The notes under the pieces were generated by a model, which was not told the origin of the DNA, searched no databases, and saw only the letters and a program-made list of their open reading frames with translations. 64,000 nt of DNA from assembly GCA_963422205.2 (NCBI GenBank), contig CAXMWX010000006.1, positions 1 through 64,000 on the forward strand, in the 5' to 3' direction. A program made the position numbers and the translations under genes. The stretch is from Gammaproteobacteria bacterium. GTDB taxonomy: Bacteria > Pseudomonadota > Gammaproteobacteria > Eutrophobiales > Eutrophobiaceae. Positions 21,901-29,894 of the stretch are shown piece after piece; the first letter of the stretch is position 1; every line of letters starts with the position of its first letter.

Positions 21901-24900
21901 GATGGCTTTGCCACCACCATGGGCGGGGCCACCGGCATCACCGGCACAGTCGAAGACATCAACACCCTGACCGGCGGCACGGGTATGGATACCCTCACCG
22001 GCTATGATGCCGATGCCACCTGGACGCTGGGCAGAACCGGCAACAGCGGCAGCAACACCTATGCCGTCACCGTTGGCACGGGAAACAGCGCCAGCACCCG
22101 CCGCCTCACCTTCACCAATTTTGAGAACCTCACCGGCAGCGCGATGGTGGATAACTTCACCATCACCGGCAGCCACACGGGCAATCTCAGCAGCGGGGCG
22201 GAGGACGATGTGTTTACCCTCTCCGACAATGCCATGCTCACCGGCAACATCGACACCGGCGATGGCGATGATACGGTGACGGTCGGTAATATGGCCAGTG
22301 GTGCCAGCATTGTCGGCAACATTACCCTGGGCGATGGTGATGACACCCTGACCATTGCCAATGCCGCCGTCCGCATCAGTGGTCTGGCCGATGGCGGGCC
22401 GGGCATGGACACCCTGAACGGCCTGGAGCTGTTCCGCGAGGCCAGCGCCAGCACCATCTTCAGCTTCGTCAACTTTGAGAACGTCAATGGTGAGGACGAC
22501 CTGCTGCGTAACCCGGTGATCAGAAGAACGCCGCTCCTGCCCACCGACGGTAGCGCCCGCTTCCCCCAGGGCGTGACCATCTCCTATCAGGACTCCAATG
22601 GGTTTACCGTGCGCGCCGGCGTCACCACCAACAGCACCCAGATCATTGAGGCGACCGGCAACGGCGTGGTGGAATCCGGCGGCAGCATCGTTGTTTCCAC
22701 CGCTGACCGAGGCAACCGCATGAATGTCGGCGTGAACATCACGGGGGCGGGGGCGTCGCTGACCAACCGCAGTGGCGGCACCATCACCGGGGCGATTGGC
22801 GTCTATGCCGATGCCAACAACCTGACCACCTTCGACAACCAGGGGACGATCACCGGCGGGGTGCTGTTTGAGAACGGCGGCGCCATTGGCACGGCCAGTA
22901 ACAGTGGCACCATCAACGGCGGCATCGATGCCCCCATCGACAGCCTGACCCACCGGGCGGGCGGCATGATCAGCACCACAGCCGTTGGGCGGGCGGCCAT
23001 TGCTCTGCGTACCCCTGGCCTCACGACAGGCAGTGCAGGCGCCCACACCCTGACCACCGAGGCCGGCAGCAATATCACGACTACAGGGATGGATGCCCAC
23101 GGCATTCATATTGTGGACAGCCCCACCAGCAGCACCCCGCTGGCACTGACCCTGGGCGGCGATATTGCGGTCATGGGCATGGGGGCGGTTGGCCTGTTGC
23201 TGTCCGATATGAACCTCATACTGGCCGATACCGATGGCGATGCGAGCAACGGCGAGGAGATCAGCATCACTGGCAACATCAGCGCCACCGGCGATGCCAC
23301 CCAGGCCTTGGTCGATAACAGTGGCTTAGGAGCCCGCCTGCGGCTCGATGGTGCCATGATCACCGGTGCCGTAGACCTCGGTGCCGGCGATGATACGCTG
23401 GATATGACCGGCAGCACCACCATCACCGGCGCGGTGGATTTCGGGGCAGGCGATGACCGCTTGACCCTGAACGACAGCGGCACAATCACCGGCAGCCTCA
23501 GCTTGGGCGCGGGCGCGGATACGCTGGACTATAGCAACCGCAGCACCATAGTGGCCGTCACCCTGACCGGCAGCGATGCCGATGGTTTTGCGGGCAGTGC
23601 CACCGACACCGGCGGCTTCACTGGTGTGAATACCCTGACCGCTGGTAGTGCGATGGACGATGCCCTCACCGGCTATAACGTGGCCGCCACCTGGACAGTC
23701 GCCACAGCGGGCAACACCTACGGCACTGGCACGGGGCAAAATGCGCGCAGCCTCACCTTCTCCGGCTTTGAAAACCTCACCGGCGGCACGGGTATGGATA
23801 CCCTCACCGGCTATGATGCCGATGCCACCTGGGAGATAGACGGCGGCATGGATGCGACCTACACCACCGGCAGCGGACAGAATGCGGAAACCCTCACCTT
23901 CCGCAACATCGAGAACCTGACCGGCGGGGCGATGATGGATACCTTCACCATCAGCACCGACCACACCGGCAACCTTGATGGTGGGGCGGGCGATGACAGC
24001 TTCACCCTGAGCGCCGGTACCCTCACAGGCAACCTCACTGGCGGCGATGACAATGATACCGTCACCATGGACGGGGATGCCCGGCTGGTCGGTGATATTA
24101 CCCTGGGGACAGGCGATGATACCCTGACCTTTGCCAGTGCCGATGTGCGCTTCTTTGGTCTGGCCGATGGTGGCCCCGGCATGGACACCCTGAATGGCCT
24201 GCAACTGTTCACCGAGGCCAGTGCCACCACCATCTTCCGCTTCCGCAACTTTGAGACCGTCAATGGTGAGACAGAACTGCTGACCAACCTGCCGGTAGTG
24301 GCACGTCAGGAGACGATGGATGCGGCAGGCACCATCATCTCTTATACCGATGGTCAACCCCCACCGCCACCACCCGCACCCCAAGGCACAGGCACGGGGA
24401 CAGGCACAACACCACCGCCCACAGGCGGCACAGCCACACCCCCACCCCCATCCCCGACCGACTTTGCGGTGTTGGCGGCGGCCTATTGTGAGGCCACGGG
24501 GACAGCCTGTCAGCCCGCCACCGCCACCCGACCGGCCACCGTCACACCGACCCCGCCAGCACTCCCTGACCCGACCACCCTGCCCGATGAGCCTGCCAGG
24601 GCAGCCGCCCGTGACCGCTTCCAGAGCCAGGTCGAGAGCTATGTCTATGTTGACCCCACCGGCCCGTCCGTACAAGCCTCTGCCGTGGGCGCTCTGACCA
24701 CCACCATCAACACCCTCATCAGTCAACGGCTGTCCGCTTATCGCCGTGCTGCCCGCCCACCGGTGCAGGTGGCCGCCACCGCCCTGCTGCCGGGGATGCT
24801 GGCCAGGGGAGAAGACCCGCTCATCTGGGGAGAATTGTTTGCTTCTGACCGGCAACGGGGACGGGATGGCCGCACCCTGTCCTACTCCCATGAGTACCGG

Positions 24901-25650
24901 GGCGTGTTGTTCGGGGCCGAGCAGCGTTATGGGCAGGAGGCCGTGCTGGGGTTGATGCTGGGCTATGCCGATGCCGATGTCAGCACCCACATCACGGCGC
25001 TGAATGTCGAGACCGGCAGCCTCTTCGGGGGAGTGTATGGCCGTCTTGACCTGGCTGGACTGGCGGTGGATGTGGGGCTGAACTTAGGCTATGAAGAGCA
25101 TGACAATCAGCGCTTTATCCCCCAGCAAAGACAAACTGCCGAAACCAGCACCCACAGCTTCTTTATCAACCCGTCCCTGACAGTCAGCCAGAGCTATAGG
25201 GTAGAGGCCCTGTCCGGCCGGGCAACCTTTCGTCTCACTCCCTCCCTGAGCATGAGCTACACCGCCGCCTTCTATGGGGACTACACCGAGCGGGGGGCAG
25301 CGGGGTTTAATCTTAGCGTTGATAGCCGCACGGCCCATAACCTGACCACCCGGCTGCAACTGGGTGGCGACTGGGCGCTGCCGAAGAGTAACAGCGGGCT
25401 GGGGCTGCGCTTAGGATTACAGAGCCGCTTCACCGACAGCAGTGACTTTGAAGGGACTTTGAGTGGGGCGAGCTTCAGCTATGCCAGCGATGCGGATAAG
25501 AGCGTACACAGCCTGTATGTCGGTGTGGATGGTCGGCACGAGCTCCGTGATAATCTCAAGCTGCTGGTCGATGTGGAATACAACCATGATGTGGGGGAGG
25601 TGAGTGAGCGGGCCTTGAGTGGGATTGTCAGGTTGGAGTATGCCTATTAG
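15925..25650 (+). CDS. Giant autotransporter (type Va) with RTX-like Gly/Asp repeats; true start probably further downstream
   Basis: 9.7-kb ORF, many GxGDDxLxL repeats, internal duplications, Pro-rich linker, C-terminal beta-barrel ending VRLEYAY. Confidence 0.9.
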   Translation: MPQTTHKATRNTARRPLTACTARILPTPPLDGRSSKGGLMNAIITRLAGRSTTSPASPKTAPPSRAATTAPASISPMPKGVAVSGRDTDSSLPLRMTERGGITQKGSMLAGIAVAGLITRLIAPLHACRASATRLLANHHLSPCAARARRATPLAWFLAAWLLGANAALAAPFTRGVGDAAGNRAVTGDRGIWLILEDGEDGIITGNRALNTSSVRALILARDTANTTTPGGITLTISGRMVMGSLQPGRIVTTDRSDRTWAAVPILFTATGTSTNPNTITIGNGGGVRSQDQSAGAYAVWITLAANVTGISSNANAAVRGTGAHTTLNVQAGGEITSTHNQAVVSQANNTTITVAGTITAEGRGPTTNLSGNRAIDITGNDASITLAAGGLLETSTCLRADTAVCPANASTSRGYGISIAGENANITLGTSGTGISFDETTASNNARILTQGPDSHGIRLFADGNAATTNIGRITTYADSLISTTGAGAHGILIDNTIGATNTAPVALDLGGRIEVTGANAVGLQLSDTNLALADVDGDTTNGGEIRITGGISATGTDSAAIVDSSGLGLRLLLAGAASITGDINLGAGGDTLILSDTAAIGTMTTRGNIAMGDDDDAVTFNSSETSYLSGLAMGAGDDTLTLMNANLNLPATGMLDGGGDTDTLIGYNTAATWIVAPAATGNSYATGVGTTSARSLPFTGFENLTGGTMADAFSVSVNHTGNLTGGGGADIFNLSGGTLTGNIFGQPGNDRLELSGTTARIGTGTAVTDRYNIYMADGDDVVTFNSTATSYLTEIELGTGDDALTLNANVDIDFTNGGIDLGGGGDTLTLNSYAMPVGGLPSFGDSGDTLTLNGAATLGTGTAANARQIIDMGTGDDAVTFNSSQTSYLSGLTMGAGDDTLTLNANLNLPATGMLDGGGDTDTLIGYNTNATWIVAPAATGSSYSTGVGTPSARSLPFTNFEGLTGGSMDDIFNISTNHGGALTGGAGNDSFNLSGGTLTGNIFGQPGNDRLELSGTTARIGTGTAVTDRYNIYMADGDDVVTFNSTATSYLTEIELGTGDDTLTLNANVNIDFTNGGIDLGTGGDTLILNSFVLPVGNAVLTSFGPGNDRLELTGAAAIGRSVSGTMGGSATINEGSIDMGGNDDAVIFNSSADSYLTSIFTGLGDDELTFMGSGTTYVSNPIVMGDGADEFTLSAPLNLTNSTPSNAVIDGGGDNDMFTLNNTLTGGLLGGGGDDMLTLNDGSSITGSANLGAGSDTLSYGTIPARVTMTLMGSTAEGFSADYEIFYNGGPNTGISGRVSGMDILIGTAATGDVLQGHNVAATWALGASETYTVAGTGGTSTHRLTFRNIENLLGGSGIDTFNISADYDRFIDGLGDDDDFNLTGGTFTGTIQGGAGDDMLGLTNNAAIGTSGNGASIDMGDGDDSVNFALAGASHIGSLTMGAGDDTLTLNANLNLPATGMLDGGGDTDTLIGYNTNATWIVAPAATGSSYSTGVGTPSARSLPFTNFEGLTGGSMDDIFNVSINHAGDLRGGAGEDSFNLSGGTLTGNIFGQPGNDRLELSGTTAAIGSNVSSTITRQSINMGDGDDEITFNSTATSYLTDIDLGADNDTLTLSANIDISGSLTGGAGTDTLIGYDAAATWTLARTANSGANTYATGTGTSARSQTFAEFQNLTGGSMNDAFTLTAAHAGNLDGGAGDDRFTLTAAHTGNLNGGAGDDTLILETGGSISGIANLGAGSDTLSWENRSSRVRVRLFGSNDQGFTTLNNIGLTIIATDITGGASGIDELVAGSDTNDQLIGYFTNSIWNLASGGNTYLADGRTLRFRNFEYLQGDGAADTFNISIDNGSTLDGAFGNNIFNFTAGMFTGTVLGNNANDTLTVSSAAAIGTANSRVFIRMRPGNDTVTFDSTATSYINNFDLGTGNDMLTLGSALNISSSLTGDAGNDTLTLEDNGSITGNVSLGADSDTLSYANRSTAVSVTLASSTADGFATTMGGATGITGTVEDINTLTGGTGMDTLTGYDADATWTLGRTGNSGSNTYAVTVGTGNSASTRRLTFTNFENLTGSAMVDNFTITGSHTGNLSSGAEDDVFTLSDNAMLTGNIDTGDGDDTVTVGNMASGASIVGNITLGDGDDTLTIANAAVRISGLADGGPGMDTLNGLELFREASASTIFSFVNFENVNGEDDLLRNPVIRRTPLLPTDGSARFPQGVTISYQDSNGFTVRAGVTTNSTQIIEATGNGVVESGGSIVVSTADRGNRMNVGVNITGAGASLTNRSGGTITGAIGVYADANNLTTFDNQGTITGGVLFENGGAIGTASNSGTINGGIDAPIDSLTHRAGGMISTTAVGRAAIALRTPGLTTGSAGAHTLTTEAGSNITTTGMDAHGIHIVDSPTSSTPLALTLGGDIAVMGMGAVGLLLSDMNLILADTDGDASNGEEISITGNISATGDATQALVDNSGLGARLRLDGAMITGAVDLGAGDDTLDMTGSTTITGAVDFGAGDDRLTLNDSGTITGSLSLGAGADTLDYSNRSTIVAVTLTGSDADGFAGSATDTGGFTGVNTLTAGSAMDDALTGYNVAATWTVATAGNTYGTGTGQNARSLTFSGFENLTGGTGMDTLTGYDADATWEIDGGMDATYTTGSGQNAETLTFRNIENLTGGAMMDTFTISTDHTGNLDGGAGDDSFTLSAGTLTGNLTGGDDNDTVTMDGDARLVGDITLGTGDDTLTFASADVRFFGLADGGPGMDTLNGLQLFTEASATTIFRFRNFETVNGETELLTNLPVVARQETMDAAGTIISYTDGQPPPPPPAPQGTGTGTGTTPPPTGGTATPPPPSPTDFAVLAAAYCEATGTACQPATATRPATVTPTPPALPDPTTLPDEPARAAARDRFQSQVESYVYVDPTGPSVQASAVGALTTTINTLISQRLSAYRRAARPPVQVAATALLPGMLARGEDPLIWGELFASDRQRGRDGRTLSYSHEYRGVLFGAEQRYGQEAVLGLMLGYADADVSTHITALNVETGSLFGGVYGRLDLAGLAVDVGLNLGYEEHDNQRFIPQQRQTAETSTHSFFINPSLTVSQSYRVEALSGRATFRLTPSLSMSYTAAFYGDYTERGAAGFNLSVDSRTAHNLTTRLQLGGDWALPKSNSGLGLRLGLQSRFTDSSDFEGTLSGASFSYASDADKSVHSLYVGVDGRHELRDNLKLLVDVEYNHDVGEVSERALSGIVRLEYAY
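16188..16214 (-). repeat. REP-like arm, inverted relative to 25698-25723
   Basis: agattcttcgctgccgctcagaatgac is the reverse complement of gtcattctgagcggcagcgaagaatct. Confidence 0.8.
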
Positions 25651-25697
25651 GTGGGGTGGGATGACGCAGGGGCGACTGCTCAGGATGGCAGTAACCC

Positions 25698-25912
25698 GTC
25701 ATTCTGAGCGTAGCGAAGAATCTATGGTTCTGTGTGATAGATCCTTCGTCACTTTGTTCCTCAGGATGACGAGAGGGAGGGCAACTGCTCAGGATGTGAC
25801 AAGCAGCACGTCATTCTGAGCGAACGACTACAGGGATGTAGGAGGTAGAGAATGTCAGGAACACATTATCGAGGTAGAAAACGTCGGGAACAGGTTTTCG
25901 AGCGAAGAATCT
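25698..25912. repeat. REP-like palindromic elements; the second carries nested inserts
   Basis: gtcattctgagcgtagcgaagaatct...agatccttcg...ctcaggatgac (25698-25770); second arm 25810-25912 is split by 76 bp. Confidence 0.8.
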
Positions 25913-26112
25913 ATGTGCTACTGCAATAGAGCCTTACGGTCGCTCGAAAATAGGCCAGGGATGGTGGGATACGTGATGCTTATAGCGGGGGGTGCTGATC
26001 AGAGGGTTCTTGTTTGTATGTGCCTTGGCTGCCGGGTCATTGCAGTGACTGCGGCTGCACGCCATGCGGTATGTATGCTAGTATCAGCGTCCCGACCAGG
26101 TGAGGCAGAGCG

Positions 26113-26454
26113 ATGAGCGCCGTGATGTTTGATACGCTGAAATTTACCCGTCGACTGAAAGATGTCGGTGTGTCGGAGCGCCAGGCGGAAGCCGAGGCTG
26201 AGGCGATTAGCGATGCGATGGCAGAAGCATTACATACTGAGATCGCCAGAAAGTCCGATATACAAAAATCAAAGACGGAGCTGAAGGATGAGATACAGGC
26301 GTTAAGGGCAGAACTGAAAGATGACATGCAGGCGTCAAAAACGGAGCTAAAAGAGGATATCCATGAAATGAAAGCAGATTTACGTTTGATAAGGTGGATA
26401 CTTGGTTTAGTGGTCCTGGTAGAGATTATTCCGCTGCTGCAAAAGGTGTTATAG
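26113..26454 (+). CDS. DUF1640/CCDC90-like protein
   Basis: FDTLKF head, ARKSD neck, KTELKD/E repeats, TM tail. Confidence 0.85.
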   Translation: MSAVMFDTLKFTRRLKDVGVSERQAEAEAEAISDAMAEALHTEIARKSDIQKSKTELKDEIQALRAELKDDMQASKTELKEDIHEMKADLRLIRWILGLVVLVEIIPLLQKVL

Positions 26455-26633
26455 GCGGGTGTACTGTTTTGTTGACGGGCATTTGTATCCCCCTGAAATT
26501 TCCTTAAACACTTTACTGAACAATTAAACTGCCCAAAACCCGGCCTTTTCCGCTATCATAACATGCGGTTGTTGTTGGTTTTTGTTGATGATTATGCTGC
26601 TACAGGTAAAGCCGTATATCATCATGGCCTGTC

Positions 26634-28262
26634 ATGGCCTGGGTTGAATGGGATATGAATAAAAAAATAACAGGCATACTGCTTATCCTCATCAGTGTAC
26701 AGCTGCTAAGTGGCTGTGCTGAGATAGCGCCCAGGCCCTTCACACCCTCCGCCGGCCATATACAGGCCAGGCCTGCCGCTCCGACTGGTGCTATCCCGGA
26801 TCTGATTGAACAGGCCCCGCTCCTGCCGGCACCAGAACCGCCTCAAGCATTGGAGAGATATACGGTGGTGGTGCATGAGGTGCCGGTCAAAGAATTGCTG
26901 TTTGCCCTTGCCCAGGATGCCGATGTCAATATTGATATCGATCCGGCCATTACCGGCGTGGTGACGATCAATGCGGTGGAGCAAAGCCTGCCGCAATTAC
27001 TGGATCGTATTGCCAGACAGGTGGCGCTGCGTTATGAGTTCCAGGCCGATAATCTGTACATCCTGCTGGATAAGCCATTTTTTCGTACCTACCCGATCGA
27101 CTATATCGACATGTTCCGTCGTGCTGCGAGCAATGTAGAGATTGCCAACTAGATTGAAAGCGCCGCCGGTGGTGGTCGTGATGCTATCTCCGGTGGTGGC
27201 AGTTCCGGCAACAGCTCGGCCATCGAGATCAGCAGTGCCGCGGTGAATGCGTTCTGGTCTAATCTGGTGCTTAACATCATGGCCATCATCGGCGATGGGG
27301 GCAGCACCGGGCCGGGTGATGCGGATCAGCTGCCCATCACGGAGAACGTGATCGCCCATCCAGAGACTGGCCTGCTGACAGTCCGGGCCGACAGTCGGCA
27401 GCATGCGTTGGTGCAGGAGCTTATCCGCCGTGTGCTTGACAGTGCCAACCGGCAGGTGATGATTCAGGCAACGATTGTGGAAGTCCGGCTCAGTGATGAT
27501 TATCAGGCCGGTATCAACTGGGACTATCTGGCCGAGGCGGGCAAGGCCGGTTTCAGTATTCGCTCCCAGCCGCAAAGTTCCACCTTAACCGGCACATCTT
27601 CACTGTTTACATTTGAATACGCCGATCCCAATACCGCGCGTGACCGGATCAATTTTGCCGTGCAGTTATTGCAGGAGTTCGGCGACATCAAGGTGTTGTC
27701 CAGCCCGCAAATCATGGCATTGAATAACCAGACCGCCTTGTTGCAGGTGGTCGATAACATTGTCTTCTTTGAAGTCCAGCAGGAGACCAACACCACCCAA
27801 ACCGCTATCAGAAACAGCTTTGAGACCACGCTACGCACGGTGCCAGTCGGCATCACCATGAGCATCACGCCACAGATCAACAGCAACGGTTCGATTATCC
27901 TGAATGTCCGGCCATCGGTCTCCCGCATCACCGGTTTTGTCAACGATCCCAACCCTGAACTGACCGAAGTCGATAATCGCGTACCACAGATACAGGTAAG
28001 ACAGATGGAGTCGATCCTGCGCCTGGATAACAATCAGATTGCTGTGCTGGGCGGGCTGATGCAGGATAACTCCACCGATAACACCCGCGCGGTTCCCGGG
28101 CTGGCCGACTTCCCCGTTATAGGCCGGGCCTTTAAGGATAAGCAAATCAGCTACAGCAAAACCGAACTCGTGATCTTCATCCGGCCTGTTATCATCGACA
28201 ACCCCAGCCTGGAGTACGACCTGAAGCCCTATCAGAGATTCTTGCAGACCAGCCGCAGATAA
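26634..28262 (+). pseudogene. MshL-like secretin interrupted by an in-frame TAG at 27150-27152
   Basis: Lipobox LSGC and N-domain in the first ORF; QVMIQATIVEV, LSSP, GGLM, KTELVIFIRP in the second; both ORFs share one frame. Confidence 0.88.
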
Positions 28263-28286
28263 TGATGGCGTTGAGGTGATCGTTGA

Positions 28287-29894
28287 ATGAGTTTGTTAAT
28301 GGAGGCGCTGAAGCGGGCCGAACAGGAAAAAAAACAGGCCGCAGGGCGCATACAGGACTCTGAGGCCATACCCGGCACGGCGGATGATGAGGCCATCGTC
28401 CTGCCACAGGCCGGTGCTGCCACCGCAGATGCGTTCAAGGCCAGCAGGGAAGAGGACGCCCTGCCTTTGGTTTGTGGCATGGAGGTGGTCGCTGAGCAGC
28501 CATCAGCTGGCGTTGTGGCCACCACAAAACCCGCCGCCGAACCGGGGCTGGCTTTTGAGACGATGACAGCAGCGGCCGGTGATCCGGCAGCCAGGCTGGC
28601 AACGAAGGCCGGGGCAGCATCACCATCACCAAAGCAGACATCCTGCCGTGTTGAATTGGATATGTCGAAGACGCCTCTCTCACAGCAGCCACCGTCAGGC
28701 CACAGGTTTGCAGATGACCCAGACCCGGATGACAGTCGCTATGAGAGCCTGCCGGGGGTAAGCGCCGAGCAGTTAAGCCGGGATATTGGTGAAGCCGACC
28801 GGCTCACGCCAGTGACCGCCCAGACCGTATTCTCTGCCGCATCCGGCCAGCGAGTAGATGCGTTGCGCTGGCGCTTGCCTGCTGGCCTGGTTGCCATGGT
28901 GTTGCTGGCAGTGGGCGGGGGGATGTATCGCTTCCTGCCAGCCTCGGCCAGCGATAGACAGCAACCGGCGGTGTCTGATGCTGCGCTGGCAGCGGTTGAA
29001 CAGGCAACAGCACAGCCGGGCGAGCCGATCACTGGGCTTGAGCCAGCCGACGAAGCGTCCTCTGCCGCCTGGCCCGATGCCGTTGCAAAAGCTGGCGGGG
29101 AGGCGATGGCAGGTGTACCTGTACGCATCGTACCTGACGGCACAGCAGCGCCTGATGAGCCAGCGCCCGCGCCTGCCTCGACAACAACACAGCAGGATAA
29201 AGCGGGGCAACTGCCCACCGCTGAGGATGAGCCATCATCGCCTGCCGGGCAGTTTGCGGTGAGACCGCCCGCCCGCTCCTCGTATTTGCAGATCAGCAAG
29301 GCAACCGGGGTGGTGCAGGAGGCGATGGCTGTTCAGCGCGCCTATCAGTCTTATCAACAGGGCAAGCTGGCCGAGGCCAACACCCGCTATCAGGAGGTGT
29401 TGACACGTCATCCCGATAACCGTGATGCCTTGCTGGGGCTGGCGGCCATCGCCATCAGGCAAGCGGATACTGACACCGCTGCCGCTATCTATACCCGCTT
29501 ATTGACACGGGATGCAGACGATACTCTGGCCAGAACCGCCTTGATTGGGTTGCAGGATAATCGCCCGATGGCTGACCGTGAGCGTGATATCAAGTCCATG
29601 TTGCTCATCCATCCGGACAATCCCCTGTTGCATTTTGCTCTCGGCAGGATGTATGCCGCCGGGCAGCGCTGGTCTCTTGCCCAGCAGGCTTTTTTTGCTG
29701 CCTACCGCCTGGATGCTGATAACCCGGGCTATGCCTTGAATCTGGCCATCAGCCTGGATCGCATCGGCCAGCCACAAGCAGCGCTGGATTACTACCAGAG
29801 GACGCTGGTGCTTGCCGTGCGGGGCGATGTGGCGATTGATGTGGACACCGTGCGTCATCGAATCCAGACATTATCCATGCGGGTACCGCCTTGA
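28287..29894 (+). CDS. MshN-like TPR protein
   Basis: MSLLMEALKRAE N-terminus, central TM, C-terminal TPRs. Confidence 0.8.
   Translation: MSLLMEALKRAEQEKKQAAGRIQDSEAIPGTADDEAIVLPQAGAATADAFKASREEDALPLVCGMEVVAEQPSAGVVATTKPAAEPGLAFETMTAAAGDPAARLATKAGAASPSPKQTSCRVELDMSKTPLSQQPPSGHRFADDPDPDDSRYESLPGVSAEQLSRDIGEADRLTPVTAQTVFSAASGQRVDALRWRLPAGLVAMVLLAVGGGMYRFLPASASDRQQPAVSDAALAAVEQATAQPGEPITGLEPADEASSAAWPDAVAKAGGEAMAGVPVRIVPDGTAAPDEPAPAPASTTTQQDKAGQLPTAEDEPSSPAGQFAVRPPARSSYLQISKATGVVQEAMAVQRAYQSYQQGKLAEANTRYQEVLTRHPDNRDALLGLAAIAIRQADTDTAAAIYTRLLTRDADDTLARTALIGLQDNRPMADRERDIKSMLLIHPDNPLLHFALGRMYAAGQRWSLAQQAFFAAYRLDADNPGYALNLAISLDRIGQPQAALDYYQRTLVLAVRGDVAIDVDTVRHRIQTLSMRVPP

Noticed and set aside
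27150-27152. Pyrrolysine or genome-wide TAG recoding
   Set aside because: TAG terminates metF, rsmE, yggX and others normally; no pyl genes seen
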